DNA of 64,000 bases from Candidatus Bathyarchaeia archaeon (GCA_050012255.1 JBEKHN010000002.1:128001-192000); one strand, 5' to 3'; positions 40,585-51,165 are shown, counted from the first letter of the stretch. A program made the numbers and translations. Notes: generated by a model not told the origin, from the letters alone.

Positions 40585-42756
40585 CTACGCAACTGGTGTC
40601 GCAGGTTTCTGCACTTGTCTGGCTTGCTGCATGAAGCCCTTGTACCATTTCTCCATGTCCGGTGTTGTTGAAGGTCCGATGCGTTTCCTTGCTTCTTCGA
40701 AGTCTCTGACGGTGACTTCCTTAGTATTTATGTCTCTTCTTAAAGCAATCATCGCCGCCTCACGGCAGAGGGCTTCTATGTCAGCGCCTGAATAGTTCCT
40801 TGAGTTGGATGCTAAAGCCTTCGCGTCCACATCTTTTGCCAACGGCATGTTCTTCGTGTAGATCTTGAAAATCTGGATCTTGCTCTCTTCATCGGGTTCA
40901 GGAACGTATATCAGCCTGTCGAATCTTCCGGGACGGAGCACCGCTGGGTCTACCATGTCAGGCCTGTTCGTTGCAGCGATGACAACTATATCTTCCAGAG
41001 TGACCATACCGTCCATTTCGGTTAGAAGTTGGCTTATGACCCTTTCGCTAACACCGCTGTCGCCGAAACCCAGACCTCGGCGCGGCAGGAGAGAGTCAAC
41101 TTCGTCGAAGAAGATCACTGCTGGAGCAGCCATCCTGGCTTTTCTGAAGACTTCTCTTATCGCCTTCTCTGATTCTCCAACCCATTTGGAAAAGATTTCG
41201 GGGCCTTTGATCGTTATGAAGTTGGCTGCGCTCTCAGTCGCCACAGCCTTCCCTAAAAGTGTTTTGCCGCAGCCTGGCGGTCCAAGGAGCAGGATACCCT
41301 TAGGCGGTTTTATGCCGAGCCTACTGAAGATTTCAGGGTTTTTCAGCGGCCATTCGACCGCTTCTTTGAGGTCCTCTTTGACTTCTCCGAGTCCTCCTAT
41401 GTCATCCCAGTGAACTGTGGGGATTTCTATGTACACTTCGCGCATGGCTGTCGGTGTTATCTCTTTGTACGCGTTGATGAAGTCGTCCATGGTCACTTCC
41501 ATTTTCTCCAGCACGCTTGGCGGTATACGTTCTTCTTCAAGGTTTATCTGTGGCAAGTATCTGCGCAGTGACTTCATCGCTGTCTCTCTGCCCAGAGCTG
41601 AAAGGTCGGCGCCCGTGTATCCATGGGTGATTTCAGAAAGTTTCTTCAGATCAACGTCTTCGGCCAGCGGCATTCCTCTAGTGTGGATCTGGATGATCTC
41701 GTACCTTCCCGGCTTGTCGGGAACACCTATCTCGATCTCTCTGTCAAACCTGCCGGGTCTGCGAAGTGCTGGGTCGAGGGCGCCAGGCCTGTTTGTTGCG
41801 CCTATCACTATCACGTTTCCTCTTCCAGACAGACCGTCCATGAGCGCTAGAAGCTGGGCGACCACGCGTCTTTCAACTTCCCCTGTGACTTCCTCTCGTT
41901 TAGGTGCAATGGCGTCCAGTTCATCGATGAAGATTATGCTTGGGGCGTTCTGCTGCGCCTGCTGAAAGATCTCCCTCAGCCTGGCTTCTGACTCTCCGTA
42001 GAACTTGCTCATGATTTCGGGTCCGTTTATGGAGAAAAAGTTGGCTTCTGACTCGTTTGCCACAGCTCTAGCCAAAAGAGTCTTGCCGCAGCCTGGAGGT
42101 CCGTGGAGCAGAACACCTTTCGGAGGTTCTATTCCGAGTCTCTGGAAAAGTTCAGGGTGCCTCAAAGGAAGTTCAACCATTTCCCGCACCCTTTGCATCT
42201 CCTCGTGTAGTCCTCCAACGTCTTCATAAGTTGTCCTAGGCAGTCCTTTTCCTTCAGGTGCAGGTTCGTTGAGTATTGTGAGTTTTGTCTCTGCCGTGAC
42301 TTTCACTATCCCATGTGGACGGGTTTTCGTGGTTGTGAACGGTATAGCATGCCCAAGCATCATCACAAGGGTCGTGTCACCCTCTACAAGTGTCCTTTCC
42401 ATCAAGCGGTTCTTCACAAAATTCGTGAAGTCCTCGTCAACGTTCAGTCTCATGTCGACTGGCGCAAGAGCGATGCTTAGGGCAGGCTTGACCTTGGCTG
42501 CCCGAACGATTACGTACTCGTTGATGGCCACTCCGGCGTTCTTGCGTGTGAACCCATCTATACGTAGCAGGTCTCGGTTTTGGTCTTCGCTGTAGGCTGG
42601 CCAGGCTATGGCTGAGGTTGTTCTCTTGCCGCAGATCTCTACCACATCGCCAGCTGATATGCCGAGCTTCTGCATCGTTTTTTGGTCAATACGGGCTATG
42701 CCCCTGCCTACGTCTCTCTGTCTTGCGTCTCCGACACGTAACTGTATCTCACTCAA
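40585..42756 (-). CDS. cdc48: CDC48/VCP-family AAA+ ATPase
   Basis: N-domain [10 protein letters not shown]; two AAA modules GPPGCGKT; RPGRFDR; TTG start inferred. Confidence 0.97.
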   Translation of the reverse strand: MSEIQLRVGDARQRDVGRGIARIDQKTMQKLGISAGDVVEICGKRTTSAIAWPAYSEDQNRDLLRIDGFTRKNAGVAINEYVIVRAAKVKPALSIALAPVDMRLNVDEDFTNFVKNRLMERTLVEGDTTLVMMLGHAIPFTTTKTRPHGIVKVTAETKLTILNEPAPEGKGLPRTTYEDVGGLHEEMQRVREMVELPLRHPELFQRLGIEPPKGVLLHGPPGCGKTLLARAVANESEANFFSINGPEIMSKFYGESEARLREIFQQAQQNAPSIIFIDELDAIAPKREEVTGEVERRVVAQLLALMDGLSGRGNVIVIGATNRPGALDPALRRPGRFDREIEIGVPDKPGRYEIIQIHTRGMPLAEDVDLKKLSEITHGYTGADLSALGRETAMKSLRRYLPQINLEEERIPPSVLEKMEVTMDDFINAYKEITPTAMREVYIEIPTVHWDDIGGLGEVKEDLKEAVEWPLKNPEIFSRLGIKPPKGILLLGPPGCGKTLLGKAVATESAANFITIKGPEIFSKWVGESEKAIREVFRKARMAAPAVIFFDEVDSLLPRRGLGFGDSGVSERVISQLLTEMDGMVTLEDIVVIAATNRPDMVDPAVLRPGRFDRLIYVPEPDEESKIQIFKIYTKNMPLAKDVDAKALASNSRNYSGADIEALCREAAMIALRRDINTKEVTVRDFEEARKRIGPSTTPDMEKWYKGFMQQARQVQKPATPVA

Positions 42757-42849
42757 GAAAAATCCTCCCCATAATGTGGTACGTTCGAAACACAATGGCT
42801 TTCGGATATAAATGTATTGAGCATAAATGTTTTAAGCAACCGTTGAGGG

Positions 42850-43125
42850 CTACCTGCTCGTTCTTCTGACCATGAGGGTCGTTACCTGGCTTATGCCGTC
42901 TATCGTCTCAACCTTCTTCTCAAATTCTTCGAGCAGGCCAGTCTTGTCTTCTGGGAATTTGACCTGCACTAGAAGGGCCTTTAAACCGTAAGCAACGAGT
43001 TCCTCGCCATACCCGTGTACAGATGCAGACTCAGGCAGGTTGCTCTCAATCTTCTTCTTCATAGGACTGAAGTCTGAAATTATGTCGCTTGGAAAAATCT
43101 TGTACGTGACGACGACAAAACCCAT
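42850..43125 (-). CDS. ef1b: Translation elongation factor 1-beta
   Basis: KIFP...EELVAYGLKAL motif; follows the Zn-ribbon gene as usual in archaea. Confidence 0.88.
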   Translation of the reverse strand: MGFVVVTYKIFPSDIISDFSPMKKKIESNLPESASVHGYGEELVAYGLKALLVQVKFPEDKTGLLEEFEKKVETIDGISQVTTLMVRRTSR

Positions 43126-43148
43126 CTTAAAGTCTCCTCTTCCCCATT

Positions 43149-43337
43149 CTATGGGCCGATCAAACCGCACTTTGGACATTTGTACGGGCGTCCGAACTTT
43201 CTGCACTTGCCACACCGTTTTATCTGAATCTCCCCGCAGCTTGGGCAGAGGAATTTAGTGGCTTCAGCCCCAGGAGGTATCGGTTTGCCACAGCTCGAAC
43301 ATGAGACTAAGATCAGTGTTGACGTTTTTTCAGTCAT
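43149..43337 (-). CDS. Zn-ribbon RNA-binding protein (DUF1610/HVO_2753-like)
   Basis: CSSCG...F.CPSCG...RCGKCR...YKCPKCG..GP. Confidence 0.9.
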   Translation of the reverse strand: MTEKTSTLILVSCSSCGKPIPPGAEATKFLCPSCGEIQIKRCGKCRKFGRPYKCPKCGLIGP

Positions 43338-43452
43338 GCCGAATGTCCTCGTGAATGGTTCTCTAATCGCGAGACTTCCTTATATCTTATATGTCTCGGT
43401 CTTAGCAACTTTATTATTTCAGTTATCGCCAATATTGACGAGGGGCCATTTT

Positions 43453-44487
43453 TTGGGCGTAGACCTTCGCGACCTTGTCCCGAAAACGACTGTCAGGCTT
43501 GAGGACCTGAGCGGAAAAGCCATTGCCATAGACGCGTACAACGCGTTATACCAGTTTTTAGCCATAATCCGTCAGCCAGACGGTACTCCTTTGAAGGACA
43601 GTTCCGGCAGAGTCACGAGTCATCTCAGCGGTCTGCTATACAGAACGAGCAACTTGGTGGAGTTGGGCACAAAGCCGATCTACGTTTTTGACGGAGCGCC
43701 GCCAGCGCTTAAGGAAGTTGAAATCAAGAGGCGAAGAAAGGTGAAAGAAGAGGCGATGGTGCGGTATGAGCGGGCCTTAAAGGAGGGTAAGACTGAAGAA
43801 GCGCGCATGTACGCCCAAGTGACGTCGCAGTTGAAGGACTACATGGCGGAGGACAGCAAGAACCTGCTGGGTTTGATGGGAATCCCATGGATTCAAGCGC
43901 CAAGTGAAGGTGAGGCCCAAGCGGCCCACTTGACCAAGAAGGGGGCAGCAGACTACTGCGCAAGCCAGGATTATGATAGCCTACTGTTCGGTGCTCCAAG
44001 GTTCGTCAGAAACGTGACCATTTCAGGGCGGAGAAAGCTTCCCAGCAAGAACGTATACGTCGAAGTTGTTCCTGAAGTAGTCGAGCTGGAGCAGGTTCTC
44101 AAGGAGTGTGGGATAACTTACGAGCAGCTAGTCGATGTTGGAATACTGATCGGAACGGACTTCAACCCGGACGGAATCAAGGGTTTAGGGCCGAAAACTG
44201 CTTTAAAACTGATAAAGGAACATGGAACCCTTGAAAATGCCATTCAAAACATCAAGAACGCGGAGTTTCCAGTTGAACCTCAAAGAATCAGGGAGATTTT
44301 TCTGCACCCAACAGTAACTGACGACTACAGGATCGAGTGGAAGGAACCTGACGTCGAGGCTGTGGTGAATTTCATTTGTAGGGGAAGAGATTTCTCAGAG
44401 GACCGTGTTCGGAAAGCTTTACAAAAGATGCAGAGAGGAATCACTCAGGAAAAGGGAAAGACAACTCTGGAGAAATGGTTCGGGTAA
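43453..44487 (+). CDS. fen1: Flap endonuclease 1
   Basis: GVDL start, DAYNALYQFL, APSEGEAQAA, SQDYDSLLFG, GTDFN; C-terminal PIP box TTLEKWF. Confidence 0.97.
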   Translation: MGVDLRDLVPKTTVRLEDLSGKAIAIDAYNALYQFLAIIRQPDGTPLKDSSGRVTSHLSGLLYRTSNLVELGTKPIYVFDGAPPALKEVEIKRRRKVKEEAMVRYERALKEGKTEEARMYAQVTSQLKDYMAEDSKNLLGLMGIPWIQAPSEGEAQAAHLTKKGAADYCASQDYDSLLFGAPRFVRNVTISGRRKLPSKNVYVEVVPEVVELEQVLKECGITYEQLVDVGILIGTDFNPDGIKGLGPKTALKLIKEHGTLENAIQNIKNAEFPVEPQRIREIFLHPTVTDDYRIEWKEPDVEAVVNFICRGRDFSEDRVRKALQKMQRGITQEKGKTTLEKWFG

Positions 44488-44564
44488 TTCATCGGCCACA
44501 GCCGAGTGTACAGCGTCGGAAATCTTTAATTATGAACCCGTTATAGTATGCATCCTCTTCAGAA

Positions 44565-45878
44565 ATGGTGATGTCTATGGAGAAGGATCAGATAGCTCTG
44601 CCAATAGACGAGTTTCCCACTAAATGGTACAACATTGCGCCAGACTTGCCTGAGCCGCTTCCTCCGCCGAAGGAGCCTGAAACTGGGCCTTCGAGGATGG
44701 ATTTCTTGGGCAGAACCATGATTAAGGAGTGTCTCGGACAGGAAATGTCCAATCAAAGCTGGATCACTATACCTGAAGAAATCCGTGAGCTCTACATTCA
44801 CATGGGAAGGCCCAGGCCGCTTTATAGGGCCAAACGTTTGGAGAAGCGTCTCGGCTTGAAGAAGGTCAAGCTCTATTATAAACGCGAGGACTTGTCTCCG
44901 ACGGGTTCGCACAAGACTAACACTGCGATTGCTCAGGCTTACTATGCGCTTAAGGAGGGAAAAACAACCTTGAGCACTGAAACAGGTGCGGGACAGTGGG
45001 GTACAGCGCTTGCTTACGCTGCGCAGCTCTTAGAGCTCAAATGTGTGGTTTTCTGGGTTAAGTCCGTCTTCGACTGGAAGGCTGACCGCAGGGTTTTGAT
45101 GAATCTCTTAGGCGCAAAGGTCTATTCCTCTCCAAGCAAACAAACCAAGTTTGGCAGCGATTTTCTTTCAAAAAACCCGAACAGCCCGGGCTCGCTTGGT
45201 ATAGCAATATCGGAGGGACTGGAGTATGCAGAGACGCATGATGATACTGTTTACTGTCTGGGCTCGGTTTTGAATCACGTTATGACTCAGCAGTCAGTGA
45301 TAGGGTTGGAGACGATCAAACAGTTTGACATGATCGATGAGAAACCAGACTTGATCGTCGGCTGTCTGGGCGGCGGCTCTAACTTCAGCGGAATCGCACT
45401 TCCATTCATCGGCGAAGTTTTGAAAGGAAAAAGAGAATGCGACTTCTTGGCAGCCCAGTCGATGGCGGCTCCTAACCTTGTGAAGGGAGAATACAGGTAT
45501 GATTTTGGTGATGTCGCTGAATACACGCCGCTCCTGAAGATGTACACTTTGGGTCACAAAGCTGATATGACCCCGATTAAAGCAGACGGGTTGCGGTACC
45601 ATGCGGCTGGTCCAATCGTGAGCCTGCTGAGAAAGCATAATATTGTCAAAGCCGTGGCCTATCCTGCTGACGAGAAGTCAATCTTTGAAGCGGCTAAACT
45701 TTTCCTTCAGGCTGAGGGTTGGTTAGCCGCTCCAGAATCCAGCTATGCAGTCCGCGCCAGTATTGATGAGGCTGTTAATGCTGAAAAGGCTGGCGAAGAG
45801 AAAACGATCTGCATGAACATAAGCGGACATGGGTGGCTGGATTTGGAGGCGTACAAGGAAAAGCTAGAAATTTCATAA
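44565..45878 (+). CDS. trpB2: Tryptophan synthase beta chain type 2 (TrpB2)
   Basis: WYNI, GSHKTNTA, ETGAGQWG, GGGSN and GLRYH motifs; no trpA adjacent. Confidence 0.93.
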   Translation: MVMSMEKDQIALPIDEFPTKWYNIAPDLPEPLPPPKEPETGPSRMDFLGRTMIKECLGQEMSNQSWITIPEEIRELYIHMGRPRPLYRAKRLEKRLGLKKVKLYYKREDLSPTGSHKTNTAIAQAYYALKEGKTTLSTETGAGQWGTALAYAAQLLELKCVVFWVKSVFDWKADRRVLMNLLGAKVYSSPSKQTKFGSDFLSKNPNSPGSLGIAISEGLEYAETHDDTVYCLGSVLNHVMTQQSVIGLETIKQFDMIDEKPDLIVGCLGGGSNFSGIALPFIGEVLKGKRECDFLAAQSMAAPNLVKGEYRYDFGDVAEYTPLLKMYTLGHKADMTPIKADGLRYHAAGPIVSLLRKHNIVKAVAYPADEKSIFEAAKLFLQAEGWLAAPESSYAVRASIDEAVNAEKAGEEKTICMNISGHGWLDLEAYKEKLEIS

Positions 45879-45890
45879 ACGGCGATTCTA

Positions 45891-46614
45891 TCAGAATCTG
45901 TGGCCGTACTTTCCAGTCAATGGCACAAATGCTACGCCACCGAGATTTTCTTCCTTGATTTCTCCGTCGCTCGTCTTATTAATTTTGATCAGGTTTTGGA
46001 ATAGAGACAGGCTGCCGACTGGAATCAGCATGATTCCTGTGGGTTTCAACTGTTCGATTAGCACTTTAGGAACGTCAGGTGCAGCTGCTGTCACAAGGAT
46101 TCTGTCGTACGGAGCCTTTTCAGGGTAGCCTGCTGAACCGTCGGCGTGAATTATCGTCACTCGGTCGCCGTACCCGCAGTTCATGATGTTCTTTCGGGCG
46201 AATTCGGCCAGACCTTGCACAATTTCAACGGTGTACACGTGTCCCCACTCGCTTCGCGGCGCAGTTTTCGGCGCGATCAGCTCAGAAATTGTGGCGGCGT
46301 GCCAGCCTGAACCTGCTCCGACCTCTAAGACTTTGAGTCCGATCTCCAACTGCAGGGCTTCATTCATTATTGAAACCATGTCTCGCCTAGCCGGCAACGA
46401 GGCCTTGGCTATGTGGCGCAGAAGCCGTCTGCCCGAAGCCTATTGGAAGAGGCGTATCGACAGCACCGTAAGACCGGATGTTTTCGGGAAGGAACTTTTC
46501 ACGCGGCACTTTACGCATCGTCTCAATAACCTTCGGAGAGCGGAGAACTGCTTCCTTAATCAGGTTCTGAATGAGCTTTTCCCATTCGTTTTCTTCCACT
46601 TGAAGCACCGACAT
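45891..46614 (-). CDS. pcm: Protein-L-isoaspartate O-methyltransferase, interrupted by a 31-nt BHB intron; spliced join(46614..46413, 46381..45891) = 230 aa
   Basis: 5' part VPREKF...PLPIGFGQTASAPH; 3' part MVSIM...VLEVGAGSGW...APYDRILVTAA...VAFVPL, in a different frame. Confidence 0.92.
46382..46412 (-). other. Predicted archaeal BHB-type mRNA intron in pcm
   Basis: TG-CGCC-ACA-TAGCC...GGCTA-GGCG-AGA-CA forms h-B-H-B-h'; contains an in-frame TAG. Confidence 0.85.
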
Positions 46615-46711
46615 AAACAGTGGCCGAGTTGGTTATTAACATATTTGAATTTGAGAATAAGATGTTAAATAACAAACCCAGCCTAAAGATTAGACGCTAG
46701 CAGGAAGCGTT

Positions 46712-47152
46712 TTGAGCCGAAAAGAAAAAGCTGATTCGAACGCTGAAGAGCTGAGCAAGAAACTAGACCAGATAATTCACAGACTCGACCTTCTAGAAGA
46801 GTTGATCCTTGAAAAGCCAGAGTATGAGGGCTTAGCGGCATCTTTGCGTTTGACAAAAATGGGCATAGGCATGTATGGTGAGCCATTGAAGATTGCTTCT
46901 CGTCTAAAAAACGCTGAGACATACCTACGTCTAAGAGCCATTGCCCAAGACGAGATTTCACGGTGCATCGTTCAGGCATTGGCTGTGAAAGGAGCCTTGA
47001 ATGTTTCCGCTATAACACGGCAGGTGGCTTCAATGAGGGGAAAGGCAAGCAGACGCATAGTGCGTGACAGGCTGAAAAGGCTCGTAGAGCAGCGGGTTTT
47101 GTTAAAGACAGGCGGTCGGGTTCCCACTTACGAGTTGGTTGAAAAGGGTTGA
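46712..47152 (+). CDS. Hypothetical wHTH protein with N-terminal coiled coil
   Basis: NVSAITRQV...ASRRIVRDRLKRLVEQRVL helix-turn-helix-wing. Confidence 0.65.
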   Translation: MSRKEKADSNAEELSKKLDQIIHRLDLLEELILEKPEYEGLAASLRLTKMGIGMYGEPLKIASRLKNAETYLRLRAIAQDEISRCIVQALAVKGALNVSAITRQVASMRGKASRRIVRDRLKRLVEQRVLLKTGGRVPTYELVEKG

Positions 47153-47438
47153 TCACCGACTGGTCACTTTTGCACAGAACACCTAACTATTGTGACCACT
47201 CCTTTGTCAGCTTAAGGTGAGCAAGAAATGAGAAATGGATACCTGCGCAATATGAGCAGAAGAAACAACATGTTAACTCCTTCAGGAGAACAGGGTGCGA
47301 GTTCATCTAGAACAGTCGGAGCAGTTCCTTCAAGGTCGACAAAACCAGTAAACAGAGATGAAATCACGCTGGAAGACGTTTGGGCACGTTCACGATTTCA
47401 CTGTAATCTTGTGTAAACTATCTGGGAGGTGAAAGAAA

Positions 47439-47828
47439 ATGGTTGATGATGAAAAGGAGCGTGAAAAGAGGCGTGAGCAGAGTCCGGAGAACATCAAAGA
47501 AATACTAGGCGTGGTCTCTGCAGAAGTCCCGTCGCTGATCAAGAACATACTTGGCTCGGTTTTCTCCGAAGAAGCAGGAAGGAGCATGGGCAAGGCGGCA
47601 GCTGCATATTACAAGGAACTGAAGAACGGCGGACTGCCTGAACCTGTGGCTGTCAAGTTGACTGAAGACTACATGCGAACTTTCACAAGTTTAGGCGATA
47701 TGCTCAGAGGCGCTGGCAGAGGCAGATGGTCCGGAAAGGCTGGAGAAGACATAGGCGAAGAGATCGAAAGAAAAATCCGCGAAGGACTTGAGAAAAGAAG
47801 AAAAGAGGAAGAGGAGGAAGAAGAATAA
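47439..47828 (+). CDS. Hypothetical helical protein
   Basis: GGAGGTGA ribosome-binding site; YYKEL..GGLP...A helical motif; acidic tail. Confidence 0.65.
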   Translation: MVDDEKEREKRREQSPENIKEILGVVSAEVPSLIKNILGSVFSEEAGRSMGKAAAAYYKELKNGGLPEPVAVKLTEDYMRTFTSLGDMLRGAGRGRWSGKAGEDIGEEIERKIREGLEKRRKEEEEEEE

Positions 47829-47865
47829 CTTTCCCTCTTCTCTTTGTCTAACATGGTGATGAAGC

Positions 47866-48123
47866 TTGAGCGTTTCGTCGGTTTTCACAGAATTGTTCAA
47901 GTCATCTCCGCACTTGGCTCGAATGTCACTGCAACTTTTCTACGCGTATCTCACCTTAGGGAGTCGAGTGCGAAAGACCAGAAGGGCCTTTGAGGAAGAG
48001 CTTGTTCTCTCAGGAATGTCGAAAGTCGATGCCGAACGCATAAGCGCATGCTATGAAGAGCTCAAAAACAACATAACAAGCATGTTGAAGAAGGGAGTTG
48101 CGCGCAGTCTTGAGCAACGATAA
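47866..48123 (+). CDS. Hypothetical protein
   Basis: 85-aa ORF; FEEEL..SGM....A motif resembles the upstream ORF. Confidence 0.5.
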   Translation: MSVSSVFTELFKSSPHLARMSLQLFYAYLTLGSRVRKTRRAFEEELVLSGMSKVDAERISACYEELKNNITSMLKKGVARSLEQR

Positions 48124-48157
48124 GAGCTCAGGTTCTGCGCGCTTAATTTTGCATTGC

Positions 48158-49987
48158 TTATTTTACGGTTACTGATTTTGCTAGGTTTCTCGGTTTGTCC
48201 GGGTTGTGGCCTCTTTCGAGGGCCATGTAATAAGCTAAGAGTTGAAGTGGAACTACGAAGGGTATGGGTGACAACACTTCGGGGATGCCGTTGGGGACTT
48301 CGATGTAGTCGTCGGCGAGCTTTTTGATTTCTTCGTCGTCTTCTTCCAGGATGGCGATTATCGAGGCGTCTCTAGCTTTCATCTCCATTATGTTGCCAAT
48401 CAACGTTTTGTGCGTTTCATCCTTTGGACAAATGAAGACTACTGGGAAGCCGGGCTCAATTAGGCTGATTGGTCCATGCTTGCTTTCCCCTGCTGGGAAA
48501 GCTATGGCGGGCACGTAGGCTATTTCCATAAGTTTGAGTCTGCCCTCGTAAGCTGTGGCGGTGCTTATTCCGCGGCCGAGGAAAAAGAAAGTTTTTGAAT
48601 CCTTGTACTTTTTCGCGATCTGTTTTATCTTTCCTTCCTGTTTCTGGATTATTTCCTCAACAGTGTCTGGGATTTTGTTCAGTTTTTCCTCTAGGAAGTC
48701 CATTTCGTCTTGTGAAACCTTGCCTCTCTTCTTTGCAAGTCGTAGTGCTAGTTGAGCCATGACTGAAAGTTGTGATGTGAACGTTTTCGTCGCTGCCACA
48801 CCTATTTCTGGTCCTGACTGTTGTCCGATGTACACTCTTGATACCCTTGTTAAGGTTGAGCCGATTGTGTTGGTTAATCCGAGGATCGTTCCTGCTCTTT
48901 GGCGGGCAGCGTTGACGGAGGCCAGGGTGTCCGCTGTTTCGCCGGATTGGCTGACCGCGAGGATGGTGCTGTCTATGTTCACTGATTTGCCGCATTGTTC
49001 AACAAACTCTGAGGCTATGATCGGATAGCTTGGAAGGAAAGCGAGTTTGGAGAACATGTAGGATGATGCAAGACACGCGTGGTAGGATGTTCCGCAAGCT
49101 ACGAGGTAAACGTCGCGGGCTCGGTCAAGAAAAGTTGACATCAGGTCAGCGTAGTGCTCCTGCACCCTGAGCGTGTTCCGCAGGCAGTCTGGCTGTTCAT
49201 GAATCTCCTTTATCATAAAATGCGGATAACCCTGTTTAACCGCCATCTCAGGTGTCCACTCGATGATCTTGGGCTCGCGGACAACGACTCGTGAGTCTGC
49301 TATTTTCTTGATCGCAACGTTTCCCAGAGAGAGCGTAACGAGTTCTCCATCGTCAACTATGATTGCCTTGTTGGTCAGCGGCAGAAACGCCGGGATGTCT
49401 GAGGCGAAGTACACGGCTTTTTCATTGACTCCGACGACGAGCGGGCTTTCGTTTCGGGCGCACACTATCTTGTCAGGTTCCTTCGATGAGATGACCGCGA
49501 TGGAGTATGATCCTTGAAGTTTCTTCACGGCTTCGAGAACGGCTTCAGCGAGGCTCAGAGAGGAATTGTTCTTGAGGATTTCTTCGATAAGATGAGGAAT
49601 GATTTCTGTGTCGGTTTTAGACTTGAAAACGTGGCCGTGATTCTCAAGTTCAAGCCTCAGCTCAGCAAAATTCTCTATGATCCCGTTGTGGACGACAGCT
49701 ATCTGTCCGCTGCAGTCAACGTGGGGGTGAGCGTTCACCTGTAACGGTGCGCCGTGGGTTGCCCATCTCGTGTGTCCAACGCCGAGGCTTCCCGGCAGAT
49801 CATCCAGGTTGTGCACCATGTGGACTTCGTCTATTTTTCCCTGGTCTTTCTTTAAGTAGAGTCTTCCTTCATGTATAGTGGCTTCTCCAACCGAGTCGTA
49901 GCCCCGGTATTCGAGTCTTTTCAGCGCCGCGTGAATGACGGGTGCAGCGGCTTCGTCTTTGAGAATGCAGCCGAATATTCCGCACAT
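48158..49987 (-). CDS. glmS: Glutamine-fructose-6-phosphate transaminase
   Basis: MCGIFG, LEYRGYDS, GHTRWATHG, SQSGETADT and PRNLAKSVTV motifs. Confidence 0.98.
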   Translation of the reverse strand: MCGIFGCILKDEAAAPVIHAALKRLEYRGYDSVGEATIHEGRLYLKKDQGKIDEVHMVHNLDDLPGSLGVGHTRWATHGAPLQVNAHPHVDCSGQIAVVHNGIIENFAELRLELENHGHVFKSKTDTEIIPHLIEEILKNNSSLSLAEAVLEAVKKLQGSYSIAVISSKEPDKIVCARNESPLVVGVNEKAVYFASDIPAFLPLTNKAIIVDDGELVTLSLGNVAIKKIADSRVVVREPKIIEWTPEMAVKQGYPHFMIKEIHEQPDCLRNTLRVQEHYADLMSTFLDRARDVYLVACGTSYHACLASSYMFSKLAFLPSYPIIASEFVEQCGKSVNIDSTILAVSQSGETADTLASVNAARQRAGTILGLTNTIGSTLTRVSRVYIGQQSGPEIGVAATKTFTSQLSVMAQLALRLAKKRGKVSQDEMDFLEEKLNKIPDTVEEIIQKQEGKIKQIAKKYKDSKTFFFLGRGISTATAYEGRLKLMEIAYVPAIAFPAGESKHGPISLIEPGFPVVFICPKDETHKTLIGNIMEMKARDASIIAILEEDDEEIKKLADDYIEVPNGIPEVLSPIPFVVPLQLLAYYMALERGHNPDKPRNLAKSVTVK

Positions 49988-50199
49988 CTTTGGTCCTCAT
50001 CTGTTTGCAGTGAGGCTATTCGAACCGTTTTTGCGCTAATAAGCATTGTTAATAAGTAAATCTGAGCCCTAAAAGAAATTTCTGATACGTTTCTCATGTT
50101 ACAACATGGTTGGTTCACTTAACCGCCATCGTTTTTCCTTCAGCATTAAAAAAAATGTTATAAGGGTGATCTTTTTCTTCACTACACCAAGGGACAACC

Positions 50200-51165
50200 T
50201 TGCAGAAGAAACTGTTGTTACAAGAAGATGGGAAGACACAGAAGGTCAAGGAGATCACAGTACTCGACGACCCACAAAAGTTGAAGATGATTCTGAACAA
50301 GCTGAGCTGGAAGATTCTGGAGATGCTTTCTGAAAAAGAGATGTACCCGCTGGAAATAGCTAAGGCCCTCAAAGTTCACGAGCAGAAGGTGTACTACCAC
50401 ATAAGAAAATTGGAGAAGGCGGGAGCGATAACGGTCGTCAGGCAAGAGGAAAAGAAAGGAGCCACCGCTAAATATTTCAGAACAGTCTCTCCTGCTTTCG
50501 GGATCGAGCTTCCTCAAGGTTATACGCCGATAAAGAAGCTCTCTCTCTTGGGCATGGAGGGGCAGATCCAGAAATTCTTCCGAGAATTCATTAGGAAGGA
50601 TAGCTCTTTCGAAGGCAAGATAGTTGTGGGCAGCCCAACGCCCCATGGGCCATTCAAGACGAGCGCGCGAGACGGACATTACGCTTCTCATCTCGCCTTC
50701 TTTTTAGGCCAGTTTGTGAGGATGCCTGACGAATTTGCGATAAAACTTGACGTTGACGTCAAGGCTGAAAAGGAAGAAAAGAACAACCTGGTTCTTGTGG
50801 GCGGACCCGGCACAAACCTGCTTACCCAAGAGGTGAACGAGTACTTGCCGATAAGGTTCGACATGCGGCACTCGGAGGAGGGCTTCATGTTCGGGGGCTT
50901 GGTGTCCAAGAGAACATCTCTCGTTTACACCGCCGATAATGTTGGTTTGGTCGCGAAAATCGTGAATCCCTGGGACAAGGAAAAGCGGGTCATAGTCCTA
51001 GCCGGAAACAAAGCGGTTGGCACGAAAGCCTGTGTCCTAGCCTTGACGAATTTTTGGAAAAAAACCTTGGAAAACTACAAGGGTGACGAGACTTTTGCCA
51101 AGGTTATTCAGGGCTTTGACTTGGATGGCGACGGAAAAGTTGACTCGATAGAGGTTCTTGAGTAA
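50200..51165 (+). CDS. ArsR-like HTH fused to an alpha/beta C-terminal domain
   Basis: YPLEIAKAL..HEQKVYYHIRKLEKAG; IVVGSP; NLVLVGGPGTN; LAG...GT. Confidence 0.75.
   Translation: MQKKLLLQEDGKTQKVKEITVLDDPQKLKMILNKLSWKILEMLSEKEMYPLEIAKALKVHEQKVYYHIRKLEKAGAITVVRQEEKKGATAKYFRTVSPAFGIELPQGYTPIKKLSLLGMEGQIQKFFREFIRKDSSFEGKIVVGSPTPHGPFKTSARDGHYASHLAFFLGQFVRMPDEFAIKLDVDVKAEKEEKNNLVLVGGPGTNLLTQEVNEYLPIRFDMRHSEEGFMFGGLVSKRTSLVYTADNVGLVAKIVNPWDKEKRVIVLAGNKAVGTKACVLALTNFWKKTLENYKGDETFAKVIQGFDLDGDGKVDSIEVLE

Noticed and set aside
40865-42811. Long antisense ORFs over cdc48 and other conserved genes
   Set aside because: Shadow ORFs from codon bias, with no recognisable motifs.
43258-43452. Long N-terminal extensions of Fen1 (likewise RtcA, Cdc48, EF-1beta, Pth2)
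   Set aside because: Artefacts of longest-ORF calling; they overlap neighbours or promoters, and homology starts at downstream start codons.
45891-46614. pcm as a frameshifted pseudogene or sequencing error
   Set aside because: The break is a discrete 31-nt insert forming a BHB whose canonical cuts restore the motif exactly; both halves look intact.
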